Below are positions 29,371 to 41,677 of a stretch of DNA of 64,000 nt, in pieces. A program made the translations under genes and the position numbers. The stretch is from Lingula anatina. Lineage: Eukaryota > Animalia > Brachiopoda. The stretch's first letter is position 1. Every line of letters starts with the position of its first letter. Under the pieces are notes generated by a model that did no database searches, was not told where the DNA came from, and saw only the letters and a program-made list of their open reading frames with translations. The stretch lies in assembly GCA_051362555.1 (NCBI GenBank), contig CM120641.1, positions 29,084,401 to 29,148,400 on the forward strand. The letters are read 5' to 3'.

Positions 29371-29687
29371 CAGGCCTACCCAACTACCAGACTCGGCACC
29401 GAATGATCCAGAATTCACCGGTAAATTGGACCACACTACCCGTTTTCAAGGTGTGTATCAGTACGCATTTCACAGTATCAGACGCGACACCGCTCTTGCC
29501 TAGTATGCGATGTGATAGTGACGATTCTGAGCGGGGTTGAAAAGCATTGCATCACCACTCAAAATTTGCTCAGGGTATGATACTGTGTAATGCGATCTGA
29601 CACACACCTTGAAAACGGGTAGTGTGGTCTGATCTACCGGTGAATTCAGGATCATTCGGTGCCGAGTCTGGTAGTTGGGTAGGCCTG
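29371..29687. mobile_element. Palindromic MITE with ~110-bp TIRs and 6-bp TSD ATTTAA
   Basis: CAGGCCTACCCAACTACCAGACTCGGCACCGAATGATCC... and its reverse complement; ATTTAA at 29365-70 and 29688-93. Confidence 0.88.
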
Positions 29688-30487
29688 ATTTAAGCATCTT
29701 GTTCATACTTCAATTAACCTGCACGACTGCTCATTGTGATGACCAAGAAACTCTGGCATTACAAAGCCTGAGAGTGCTAGTTAGTATGAAACTGGATTAA
29801 CTCGAAAGGTGCTGGGCACTACTAGTGATAACCAAAGGGACTTCACAAAGAGGACTAACTAATTAATTAAAATGTGACTAACTTCAGAGTATCATTTGGC
29901 ATCAACAGTCGACCACACTGCTTGATATAGGATAGCTAAAGGAGATCTGTAGATATTATAGTGTGAGGGAACTCTCAGATTCTACATCAACTGTCCATAC
30001 AAACGTGCCATTCACTTTATAAATATTCTTCATGTAGATGACACAAGTTCCCTGGTCAGGGGTTTGTTCTTTACACAATTTTATTGCTAGGAATTTTATG
30101 TCTCTGACCTTCAGACCAAAGTTTTTTTTTTCTCAAATGTACAAAATTATAGGTACAAAAGGTTATCTTATGCACTAAACCACCTTGGTTACCACTTCTT
30201 ATAGAAACATTCAACATTATCAGTTGCACATCCATAAATAAAAGACACATAAAGATGTCCTATTAAAGGAATAAATCACAGCATGCAATGGTCTCCTCTA
30301 TTTCAGTAGCATTCCATGGTCCATTTATGATGTGGCACCAGCTGCATGGATAGAATAGTAAACGGAAAAATAGCATGAATCTCACCAGTGACTTATTCAA
30401 TAAAAAAGAATGCACAAACCGTGTCAAATAAACACAGAATGCTCCACAAAGGATTAAAAGTACATATACCAGAGTGACATTTACTAA

Positions 30488-30725
30488 GGCCTTGTTCCCA
30501 CTGAAACTATCTGTCTAGATTTATCCAACTCTGCAGGGACTCTTGCTGAATTCAATCAGAATTATAGACTAACAAGTCTGATGAATACAGAAACGCTGGA
30601 CATTATAGGAATACATTGGTCACAAGAAGACGATTCTTTATCTGCTAATTGGATTATATTTAGCAAGAGTCCCTGCTGAGTTGGTTCAACCTACGCAGAC
30701 CAATAGATTCATTGGGAATGAACCC
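30488..30725. mobile_element. MITE, PIF/Harbinger-like, decayed
   Basis: ccaactctgcagggactcttgct / agcaagagtccctgctgagttgg inverted pair; ttccca/tgggaa near the termini. Confidence 0.65.
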
Positions 30726-31771
30726 GCAAACAACAAAGGAGATCAGATAATCTCACTGTAATCAGGCCAACTAAAGAAAGAAACTGAGCAGATTTCTTTG
30801 TCTGCTGAAGTCCAGTGCAGGTGTGACTCACACTTAAAAATAAGCTATCTATAAATTAGAGGTCAGGTGACAAACAGGAGGTTTTTTTCATGTCTTTTTT
30901 TTTTTTCGCATGCTTTTACTATATTAAACCTAAATCTCACACACACACATGTGCGCATGTACATATACACACACAAACGCACACACTAAATCACCTTTAA
31001 ACTTGACGTGTGATTTCTTCATGAACAACACATTTAAATTTTGTGTAGAACAATCAAGGAATAAGCATTTCAAAACTGTAATATAAATGCAAATTGCACT
31101 AGAACTGTTCTCACTAGTCTTTGTTTCAAACTAACACTCAAATTGCAGCTGGCAATTCATTTATCAACAGACAGTGCATAAAAGGAGCTGCAATTATACA
31201 TGCAACATTGCACGCGCATGCACACAGACACAGACACACACACACACAAAGTAATTGTAAAGCATAAATTAAGATTATTTAATACATTCACATATAAATA
31301 AAACATTACTTAGTAAGAAGATTTTTTTTTTAATTTATCTTGTGTGATAACTCTGCAATAAAACCCTGGAGTTATGGTGTGCATTGACATATATGCTCAG
31401 ATAGCAGTGCATGAAAATAAAATCTGCCATATCTATGTATCAAATGCCCCTGAGCTCCAATCTTTACCCAAATTATAGACTACAGCAAGCAAAGGTTACT
31501 TATTTTGTGTGTTGTTATGCATGCAAGTACAACATTAATTTTTTTTTAATCTGAAAATTTAAGCATTTAAAAGTGAGGTCAGAAAGAAAAATGAATATTG
31601 AAGGTCTCTACCACAAGATTTTATGTTCCACTTGCACATGCAGGTACTTTCCTCTTAAAGCAATTACTAATTACAGATGCATGCTCAAGGGGGGGGGGGG
31701 GGGGGGGGGGGGGGGGGAGGTTTGACATACAAGTACATGTATAACATACAAGTATGTATGTAACGTGTAAG

Positions 31772-31924
31772 CAGTGTTAGAAATTAAGGCTGGACCGTCT
31801 GCCCGGGGCTGACAAATTTCAGAACGGGCTGAGAAGTTTTCCCTGGCGGTCATTCAGTCCAGCTACTTTTCAAGATGGCTGGACTTTCGGTCCAGAAACT
31901 AATTTTCCTAATAGGCAAACACTG
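31772..31924. mobile_element. 153-bp hAT-like MITE
   Basis: CAGTGTT...AACACTG termini; 8-bp TSD cgtgtaag / cctgtaag (one mismatch). Confidence 0.7.
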
Positions 31925-34900
31925 CCTGTAAGTGTATATACTTAAACCCAACCTCCATACACAATGCAGTATATGGGCCTGAATCCAAGTAGGGTGATAA
32001 ATATATTACTACTATTTCCAAAAAATCAATAAAATTTGGCTGGAAGATGTTGAATCTCAAGTTTTCCATATACAAGTACTAGTAAGCAAGGCTGGCAGCC
32101 AATGGGACCCGCCTCAGATAGCCCCAAGTCTTGTGACTTACAATGAAATAAAGTGAGGTTGTGCTGGATTTGGAGGAGAGAGGGGTCAGAAATAATGACA
32201 CACTAGTGAATTCAGCTTGAGGACAAATAAAAAGCTCAGATTTTATCTACAAATTTTACCTACAAATTTCAAGTTCTGCCAAATAATCTTGTTCTGCACA
32301 AGAGTACCGTGTACTGGGTTTTACAAGTGTATTGCTTTTTAAGACATTTCTGTTGCACAGAGTTTTACCCTAAGGCTAACTGCTAATAAAAAGCCCCACC
32401 AAAAGCAGATTCTTGTACATTTTCTAGTCTCAAATAATGTCAACCAGTGCCAACACCCTTGTTTAAGGATATCTCAGATGATTTCCATTCATGTAGAGAA
32501 GATTCCTACATTATTAACGTATCAATACACCCAGACACTTTTCAACAGAAAATGTGAGATTTTTTTTTCAAAGAATCCACGTGCTTCCCAAAACTGATTC
32601 AAAATCATTGGCAATTAATCTAACCCTGGCCTTATACTTGGGCAGTTATGGCTTAAATGCCACATTTTTAATGGAAAGGCATTTTATGGTCTGTGAATTT
32701 TAGAATGCTATTGCTTATACTGAGATCAGATGTTCACTTGCATTAACTAATCAGAAAAGAGCACACCTTGAAGATAAATGCTGGAAACATTCTTTCACAT
32801 GCAATTACATAGTTCTCATAATCATTCGCTCATTTTGTGCATGTGTCATTTTAGTTAATAGGTAAAGAAAAGCCCCAAAAGACATGCAAGAATTTTCTTT
32901 AAACAAATAAGAATGACATGGCATGTCAGAGCTTGTAAAATTTTACATTTTCTGAAATAAACTCTATGACAACTGATTATAAATCTCTTATCTGGTTCAA
33001 CAGAGCAGCAAAAAATGACGGAACCTGGTAAAGATGGCTCCATCTCCAAATCCCACTTGCTAAATTGACAAAATTACAAAATGACAGGGGTGATAAACAG
33101 GTTCTGGTTTTAAAGAAACATATAAAAAATAAATACATAAATAGTGAAAAAAGATACTTTGTCAGCTTTTATTCACTGCCACACCAAACTTGTTTGTCTG
33201 CCATTATTTCTGACCCCAGTATCTTCCAAATACGTCAAAACTTGCTAGATTTTACGCTTTATTGTTTGACTTTGGGCTATCTGGGCAGATGCCCATTGTG
33301 ATGACAGTCTGCTGAAGCAGTTTATTATTGATTAATACATCACAATTAGAATGGAATAGTGTTTGAAGGCAATTAAACTTGTTTCAAAACATTTCTAAAT
33401 TCAAACTGTCGTGAACAATGCTTCTAGTCCCTGGTTGTGTCAACTGAGCATTTCTGGGAATGAATGCCAATTTTGTGAAAATAGCAATGACACACAAAAT
33501 TGATTTTTCCTTTGAGATGATGTGAAAATGAAATGCGTGATTGATAATACGTGCAAAGCATAAATCAAAACAAAACAAACTGCAAGTTTCCCAATTCTTT
33601 CATGTTTGCACACAAAGCCTTCACCAGTGACTGGAGTAGTACTTAAATGAATACATGGAACACATTACTTATGCTTTCTTTCCCACTTATATTCTTAGAA
33701 AGAAAAATACCAACAAGACAATGTAATACATCATCAGCACATCAGTTTACCCGATAGGTAAAACACCATAGTGGTAGAATAAACAGAGCCAACCTGATGA
33801 AAAATAAATACCTGACCATTCAAAAAGTCAATTTTCCCCCCTGTACATTGTTTCAACCTGTTACCGTGATAGAAATGTCACATACAAAAGATGTGGGAAA
33901 AAAATGAAATCCAATATTTTTTTAGCAATGACACAATGGAGGTTCACTTTCTATTTGTTGCAAAAGGCTGCTAAAATGAGCATTCTGACTTTAATTAACA
34001 CATATCAACAGAACTAAATTTATGATACCAAGATGTTCCTGTCCTGCATGTCAACTCCATTAGCAATCACAACCGGTGTGTATCACACCGTAAGAGGACA
34101 ATCTCACACAGACACAAGCCAAAGAAATATAAGTTATAACCAGAGTACGACACTTTGCTGTCTTAAATAGATCGATTTCACAGGACCAGAGCCAAAATTG
34201 AACCAAGGAAATGCCCCACAGTCCCCATTACTGTCACCAATCACTTTATAGCCCATGATTCAGGTTTCAAGGCCACTCATTCACTCCCTGCTATCTCAAG
34301 GTACCACTTCTTGTCTAATGTCTACCGGAAGAGTAGTAAATCTTCAACATAAGATCAACACTCCTTTGAGATACATAGGTCTAAGGTTCAAACTGATGTA
34401 CCTACATTCTAAGAGCATATATATATAGGTCTGTTCATGAGACTTATAAATGGACTGTAAGCAGACTATGTAATACTGCATCCTTTGAAGTAACCAGACT
34501 GTATGTGACACAGGGTCTTACTTTTTTATCCGAAATGAATCAATCACACTGCCTAATGAATCATGAATCTAATGAGTTTTATTACTAGTAAGTGCACATG
34601 TTAATTGACCCCCTGCTCCAAAATCCTTTCCTACACTTACTCACCCACTAGTACAGAAATGGTCATCAGGTGCTATTAGGAACAGCTAATAAAAACAACT
34701 GGAATCCATCTGGCATCATCCCCCCCCCCCCCCCCCCTCGGCATCCTACACACCTCAGTGAACCAAATACCTTACATAAAAGATAAAAACTAATAATCAA
34801 ATCAATTCACTGTGATAACATAGGCAACATAGCTGTCTTAGCCACATTATCTCTCTTGAAAACTAAAATGTCTTTTGATATTTGGTAAGCTAAAGAACTG

Positions 34901-35963
34901 ATTGTAAGCTAAGTGATTGTATTCTTGCACAGCCAAGGAGACCAATCCTCACTTGACATTGCAAAAATAATATCTTAATGAACAGATCATCTCATTTACA
35001 GACAAACTTCTAATATTATGTACAACAAAGTAGAGTTTGCTGTTATTTCCAGTTACTTATTTTGCTAAAAAGCTAAATAAAGATGGACCCCCTTTTATTA
35101 AAGCTACAAACAGATATATGCAGTTGCATTCTTCACCATTCCAAATATTGTTCACAAAAGGCAGAGGAAACCCTTATCATGGCAAAGATATCTCATACAG
35201 ACACAGATGTGCTAAAAGTCTATCATGACATTTTATCATGTAAGTAATCATTAACGAAAGCTATATTTATACAGATATATATATATTTTTTGTACCCCTG
35301 ATGAGCCTTCAGGGGCAACAACTGTTGGGAAAAAGACAGTAAATAATGTAGGGAGTTATCATTCTATTGATAACTTTATCTTTTAGCTTCCCGAAAAGAG
35401 GAGAGCACTGTGACCATGGGGAAGTTAATATGAAATTTGCATTCAAATTTATATAATCCAGTGACTGCGTTTGGCCTACATTTTGAAACAAACATACCTT
35501 TGAATACCTCTGCAATATTTAACATACAAGCTTTGCAGTTGGTATTACCCCCTCAATGCTTTACCCTCAGTAATTTTTTTAGTTAGAGAATAGTTCTATT
35601 TGGAATAATTTTTGTGCTATTTCTTTATCCACCATTATCAGAGAATCACTCTATAAGCAATATTTCAATGAACATACAATTTACACCTACAGGGTATGCA
35701 GCTATATGACATTGATATATTTGAGGCTATATTTTACAGCTGTTAAACAAATGATTTTTCAAAATGCATTTAAAACCGAGGAAACACTTCAATAACACAA
35801 TCCAACAAAATCAATCCCAGAAATACATTGGATTTAACCACTTAATGATTTCATAACTAGATGAACTGTGAGGTATAAATATTCAACCCGTAATAAATTT
35901 AACTTAAAAGTAATAAATAAACACAGACTGCTGGTGGAAAAAAGAATATCCAAGCAAACTTAC

Positions 35964-37653
35964 ATTTTGGCAACTCAGCTGGTGGGATCATGTGCTCCTT
36001 GGGGATGGATTCAAGGTCCTGCTCCATAAAATAGTAGGACTGGGGTATGTGCCAGTGTACAGGTGGGATGTAAGGCCCAGGGGCATACAAGGAGGGGCAC
36101 TCCATAGCAGGGTAGTACCAGTACCCATTGTAGAAAAAACTGTGTAGGTGCCCTGTGCTGGGAGTATTATTATGATAGTACACTGTGATGGAAACATCCG
36201 ACTCTGTGAGATCCATGTATACCCCTTCCACTGGGAGGAAATCTTGAGCGTTCTGCCTTTTAGTCTTGTTCTTTCGCTTTCTTCGTTGTCGTTTGGAGGA
36301 TGTGGAGGATGAACATGAAGATGGGGATGAGTGGGTGTTGGGCAGGTTCAAGAGTGAGAGATACCAATCCCTGTTGTTGTTGTTGTAATTATTACTGCTG
36401 TATTTCAAGGAATCAACATCAATATAGTCATCCACTTTCTCTTCCTCAGAGTCAGAAGTGTCTAAATTTCTGGGAACATACACCTCTTTGGTTTTCTTCT
36501 TACTACCAGGCTCTTCTGTGTGGGTTGTCTTCGATGTTTCCTTAGTTGCAACAGTCTCCTCCTGCAGGTCTGCTTCTGCTCTGATGATGCTCCTTCCCTG
36601 AAGATAGGTTGCATCTGGGATGTATGCCACTGCCCCTGGGTATGCTGACAAGGCAGCCCCAGGGTAATACCACCCCGCTGCGGCAACACACTCAGGGCAC
36701 TCGTGGTGGAAACAGCCAAACTTGGTCAAAGGAAACCCTGTTGTATATGCTGCAAGTTTCTCCACCTCTGCTCTGCTGAGAACTCCAGCTCCCCCTTCCT
36801 CTGCGAAGGAGTCCTGAGAAATGCTGTCTGAATCATCGGAGAAAGTCTCAGATGTAGAGACAATGGAGGAATTCTCAGAGTCATCTGTGGTGGTGCTAAG
36901 TGTCTCAGAGGCTGACGAGACTTCTGAGTTGAGATTATTACATATCAGACTCACATTTGAAGATTTAATAATACTCTCCCATTTCACATGTTCGAGATCA
37001 TAGGCATGATCTGCAGGGTGGTGTGCCCCATGCATGCTGCTGCCTGGATTTGAGATCATATTATTCAGGAGTACCTGAGGCATGTAGTTTTTACAGCCCC
37101 AGTAGCCCTCCCCACCCCAGTGATACCCAGGGTGGAGGTTGTATGGAGCCAGGGGACGGTCCTTCTTGTGAACCTTCTCTATTGCTGAGAGGAATGCATT
37201 GAAATTCTTACTGTTTTTGGCCTTAAGGCTTACTACAGCCGAGCTCCCTCCACTGCTGCTACTTCCACTGTGATTTCTGTATCGCTGATTGTGGTGATGC
37301 TGATGATATCGATGATGATGGTGATGGTGTTTTGAATATGACACCATTTCTGCGTTGTTATCCTCCTCTGATGCCTTCAACAAATCTTTCATTTTATCGC
37401 CACCCTTGAAGGCTTCAGACAGTTTGATAATGATTGGGGAACCAGATTTGTTCTTTACCTCTTTAGCCCAGCTACTCTCTCCCTTTTTCTTTTTCTTTGG
37501 TCGGGAACAAAATCTCTCTCGTTTACAGTCCTCGCAACTGTCACTCATAGACATTCCTTCCATACGCTGGTGAAACATGTCTCTGCTGACCACATCTAAA
37601 GTGCTCGTAAGTGACACACAAGTTGCCACCTTCTTACGCCCTTTTTTACCCAT
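35964..37653 (-). CDS. Putative alternative first coding exon of CNOT6 (563 codons + 1 nt), novel low-complexity N-terminus
   Basis: 584-codon ORF with raised GC inside a CNOT6 intron on the same strand; T|GTAAGT donor at 35963-35958 in phase 1, matching the exon at 16035. Confidence 0.8.
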
Positions 37654-38469
37654 CTTAATATCTGTTCAGTGGAGCGGATTTCTCCTCTACACGTTCCTTC
37701 TTCAATATATATATATATGTGTGTGTGTGTGTATAAATGTAAATTCCTCCCCCTTTTCTTGGCCTATTACCAATGATACAGTATCTGTGTTTTATTGTTC
37801 CTCTGACCTTTTATTTCCCATTAGAATTCTCTTCCACTGTGAAATCTGATCCTCTCTTGTCTTATTAAACCTAGGTGATATGTTTACTCTCTCTAAACTG
37901 CAATCATCCTGTCTTAGATTTGTGACTGTAAATCCTCTGCTTCAATCGAATCACGCTTGTCTTACTTACTATAATTCTCTGCAGAAATTGTGCCAACTCC
38001 GTTTATCATTGTGGCATCACAGTGGTGCATTATTCATGATACTTCTCGTTAATCTCAGCTTTCCTGTTCTATTCTACTATGCTTTCATGAAGTCTCCTTT
38101 AAGAAATGGATATCCAATGTTTGATCATAATGGTAGTTACGTCCTTTATGTCTTCTTTCCTTTATATCACATAAAGAATGTCATCTATAGCAAGCCAATC
38201 AAGCTATATTACCTGGACATGAATAATTTAAACTGGATTGCAGGTGATATATATATATAATAGAAACATCCTTCAATGAGCAACATACCACCGATTTGTT
38301 GTACGCTGTACTGTGATCCTTTTGTGCTGTTCACAATGTTAAACCATGGATTGATGACCAGCCACTGTCAACAAAAACCCCAAGTCATGTTTTATCCACG
38401 CAGGTAAAGACTTAAAGCCTGACCACTATATAGCTGTTGTTGTGTTATGCTCAGTCAAACTACTAGTAC

Positions 38470-38530
38470 TATACTAGCTCCACATGGCCAGCAGCCCAAC
38501 TATTTATACCTGTGACGTCATGACCTTAGC
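38470..38530 (-). promoter_or_regulatory. Candidate internal core promoter: CRE TGACGTCA (38513-38520) + TATAAATA (38508-38501) + Inr-like CTAGT (~38475)
   Basis: Minus strand reads AGGTCA-TGACGTCA-CAGG-TATAAATA, oriented toward the 37653 ORF. Confidence 0.6.
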
Positions 38531-41098
38531 TGTGCCTGTCACACACCACTGCCTCTCCTTTAGCTACCAGTTCATGTGTACAAGGCTCCCACTGTCCGTG
38601 GCCCTTTTAGTCTTTAACTGTTTGATAATAACCCTGTCACGGTCACAAAGAATGAGTAAACTCAAAGTTATCTCACCCACCACAAAGCATGGGTGAGTTA
38701 AGGTCTATCTGCAAACAAAGGGGAAGAACCGCCTCTTTTGATTCCTAGGTTTAACAGGAAGTTTCCATCTTCCTCAGTTTAGTCTTAAAACCACAACAGG
38801 AAGAAATCTTTCCTCCGAGTTAAGACTTTCACAATTTATCTGCTTCTTAAACCTCTCCTCTACAATGGCTGAACTCTCCTCATTCCTAGTATTTTGTGAA
38901 TATTGAACATCTCTGCACAGCCATATCTACCTGAGTCAAGGTCTCTCTCTCTCTGCCTTTGTCCTTCTATATATAATATATATCCCTCCTCTGTCTTAAA
39001 GCATGGTTCAGGTTACCTGAGAGTGTCTCTTCCTTGAGGCATGCGCCAGTCTCTAACCAACAATGCCTTTGTCCCTGGTATGTATAACCTCTGCAGGTGA
39101 TATAGTAAAGAACTATCTTCAATCCGACCAATCAGAAAAGGTCTCCTTGCAGCGGCTATCTGCCACACGGCTAGCAGTGGAGGGGGAGGTGGCACACAAT
39201 ATACACATGCCCTCTGTCCACTAGAACCGTTGACCAATATCTCACCCGACCATCAGAGGCTAGTCTATAATCACTGACCTTTAATAAGGAGGTATTATCA
39301 CAGAGCTGGTAACAATGGTCAGGCTACATAACTATCCTCCATAGTTTCTGGCTGCCTGGCAGTGCTCAAGCTAGCTGGCCTCGATGCTTGATATTGATTT
39401 TTTTATCCCTTTCCTCCAAGTAGAGACTGGGTGATAAATTAGTTATTCAATGAGCTGAATAAAGATTCCCAGAACCTTTCTAGGATAGTACTTTTTTTTT
39501 CCTTTTCTATGTATATAATTTTTTTTTGATTTATTTTTTTATCTTTAAAAAATCTAATTAAGAGAAGATTAAGTGAACCATCAGTACAGTAACAGTCAAA
39601 CAAATGTATATCTATATCTGATCCTGGTTTTAGAATGCACAGTCAGACTCCTCTTACGCACAAGTTACACGTAAAACAGAACCAACAAATCCAATCCTGA
39701 TATTAACCTTCCCATTCCAACTGCAATAAATGAATCATCATCACATTACAGGATCTAACCTGAAATTCCTCCAGTAAATAAATATTCCAGGAAGGCAGCC
39801 GTTTAAGGAGAAAATGCTTCCTCTTTCTCTTGATGCTTATTCAGGTTTGGTTTGCCACTGCACCCTAAAAGCTAGTCTGGGCCGTGTGCTTGCAATAGCC
39901 TCCTTTGCTCTGTGTGGGAGACCTAAGCACCTGTTTCACCTGACAGTAACACTTCCAAGTCACCCTAGGGAGCAGATGACTGTGTAATACGGTATATATA
40001 CAATATACTAACTTATCAGGATGGATCAGCGCTGGGCATCTCTGTAGGGACACTACTTCACCTCCAAATAGATGCTCATCAATGACTGTTGAGCAGCAAA
40101 CATACAACACCCCTGAGGAAAGCTGGTCCACCTGTTGTAATTATCTTGTCAAGGCGAGCACTGTTTGCCCTATATGATGAATCTCTGCCTTTTATTTTAG
40201 ATCAAAATTCTTTAGAATTTTTGTCAGTGATACTGGAGGATAAAAATAAACTTCAATTTTAAGTTTACAGTTAAGTTCAAAATCTATAAAAGACATAGAA
40301 AATGATATAATACCACATTTCTATTCTACTGAACATATTAAATTGGTATTGGTCTACAAGTACTTTTTTTCAAGTTAAGGAGTATTTGCTTGCACTAGAT
40401 GTACAGTAAAATGTCAGAATAATATTGTCTACATTCTTTCATTCACATGATTGGTAGTGCAAAAGATAGACAGAAAAGGTGAGGGCAAAGATTCAACACC
40501 TGGCCTCACAATTCTCTTCAGCAAATAAACCATATTATCATCAAGTTGCATAGGCAAGCATACCCCACCTGTCTGGCAGGTTGAACAAAACATTTTTCAT
40601 TTTGACTAGCCGAACTCAAGCTTCAATGGTCATGAATGCTGAACTTCTCATTATCTTTCAACTTAACAACCCCCCAAATCTATCCAGGCCTTTGTTGAGG
40701 ATGGCTTTTGTTGTCTGGTCTTTTGTTCAGCAGGGCCCTTGGTAAAATCCTACTTACAAACCTACCTGATAATATTTAATTTGTAATTTGTTTTTGACGA
40801 GTTGGCATTCATTTTCTGTACACTAACAAAGCCAATTAATAGACAAAGAACAAGCGACTTGGACCTAAATATTATTATGTAATCCCTTCTTTCTCCAACA
40901 AATGAGGAAAGGTACAAGTTGTTTACAATATGAACTACAGTAATTACTGAAAAACATTCCACTCATTCTAATGGCTTATTTTAATGATTTATTACAGTAA
41001 CTTTATCTACTTACTCAAAAAAGACATGAGCTAAATTACTTATTTTCCTTAAATTTTAGCTATCTATTTTTACAGGATTATGATTATTGCCAAAACAA

Positions 41099-41100
<2 letters not shown>

Positions 41101-41170
<70 letters not shown>
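41101..41170. repeat. (AT)n microsatellite
   Basis: Directly visible. Confidence 0.95.
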
Positions 41171-41174
<4 letters not shown>

Positions 41175-41677
41175 AATACTTTTGTTCAAATCTAGTGAGT
41201 ATTACTAAGTACCATATAAAAAGGCAGAGTAAATTTGATGGATATCCTTTTGTAGGCCAAGTTGATAAAAGAACAATGGCAAGCAGCTGATTGTATATTC
41301 TCATTGTCCTTGGGTGTACAACATGAAAAATAAGATTATCATATCAAAAACAATTCCAGTTGTAACTGCTTTAGTTTACATGAATTGTTTCATTTAGATA
41401 CCCCAACATATCTCGATAAACAGTGATATATTGGCAAAACAAATAAAATTATAAAAGATATCCTTTGGTCAGGTACATTCACATTTATATTAAGTTAAAT
41501 ACCAAACTTGGCTTAAATGTGACAAAAAATATACAAATTATGGCGCTGTGATATCCCCAACTCAAGCCATCTGCTTTTCGGAAAAAAATGCCAAACCTCA
41601 AGTTATATCTTCTTAAAATCTGTATCTCATTACTTTTGCTTTAATGTAATAGGCATACATACATACATACATACATA

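Noticed and set aside
31689-31717. Long G/C homopolymers (also 34720-34737 and 60600-60623) as functional G-quadruplexes
   Set aside because: Simple homopolymers with error-prone length and no independent support
35899-35963. Hydrophobic C-terminal tail of the 584-aa ORF as a transmembrane anchor of a stand-alone gene
   Set aside because: It lies downstream of a perfect in-phase donor and is T-rich like intron sequence; more simply explained as read-through, though not formally excluded
35988-37849. Short ORFs overlapping the large ORF in other frames or on the other strand
   Set aside because: Shadow ORFs caused by locally higher GC
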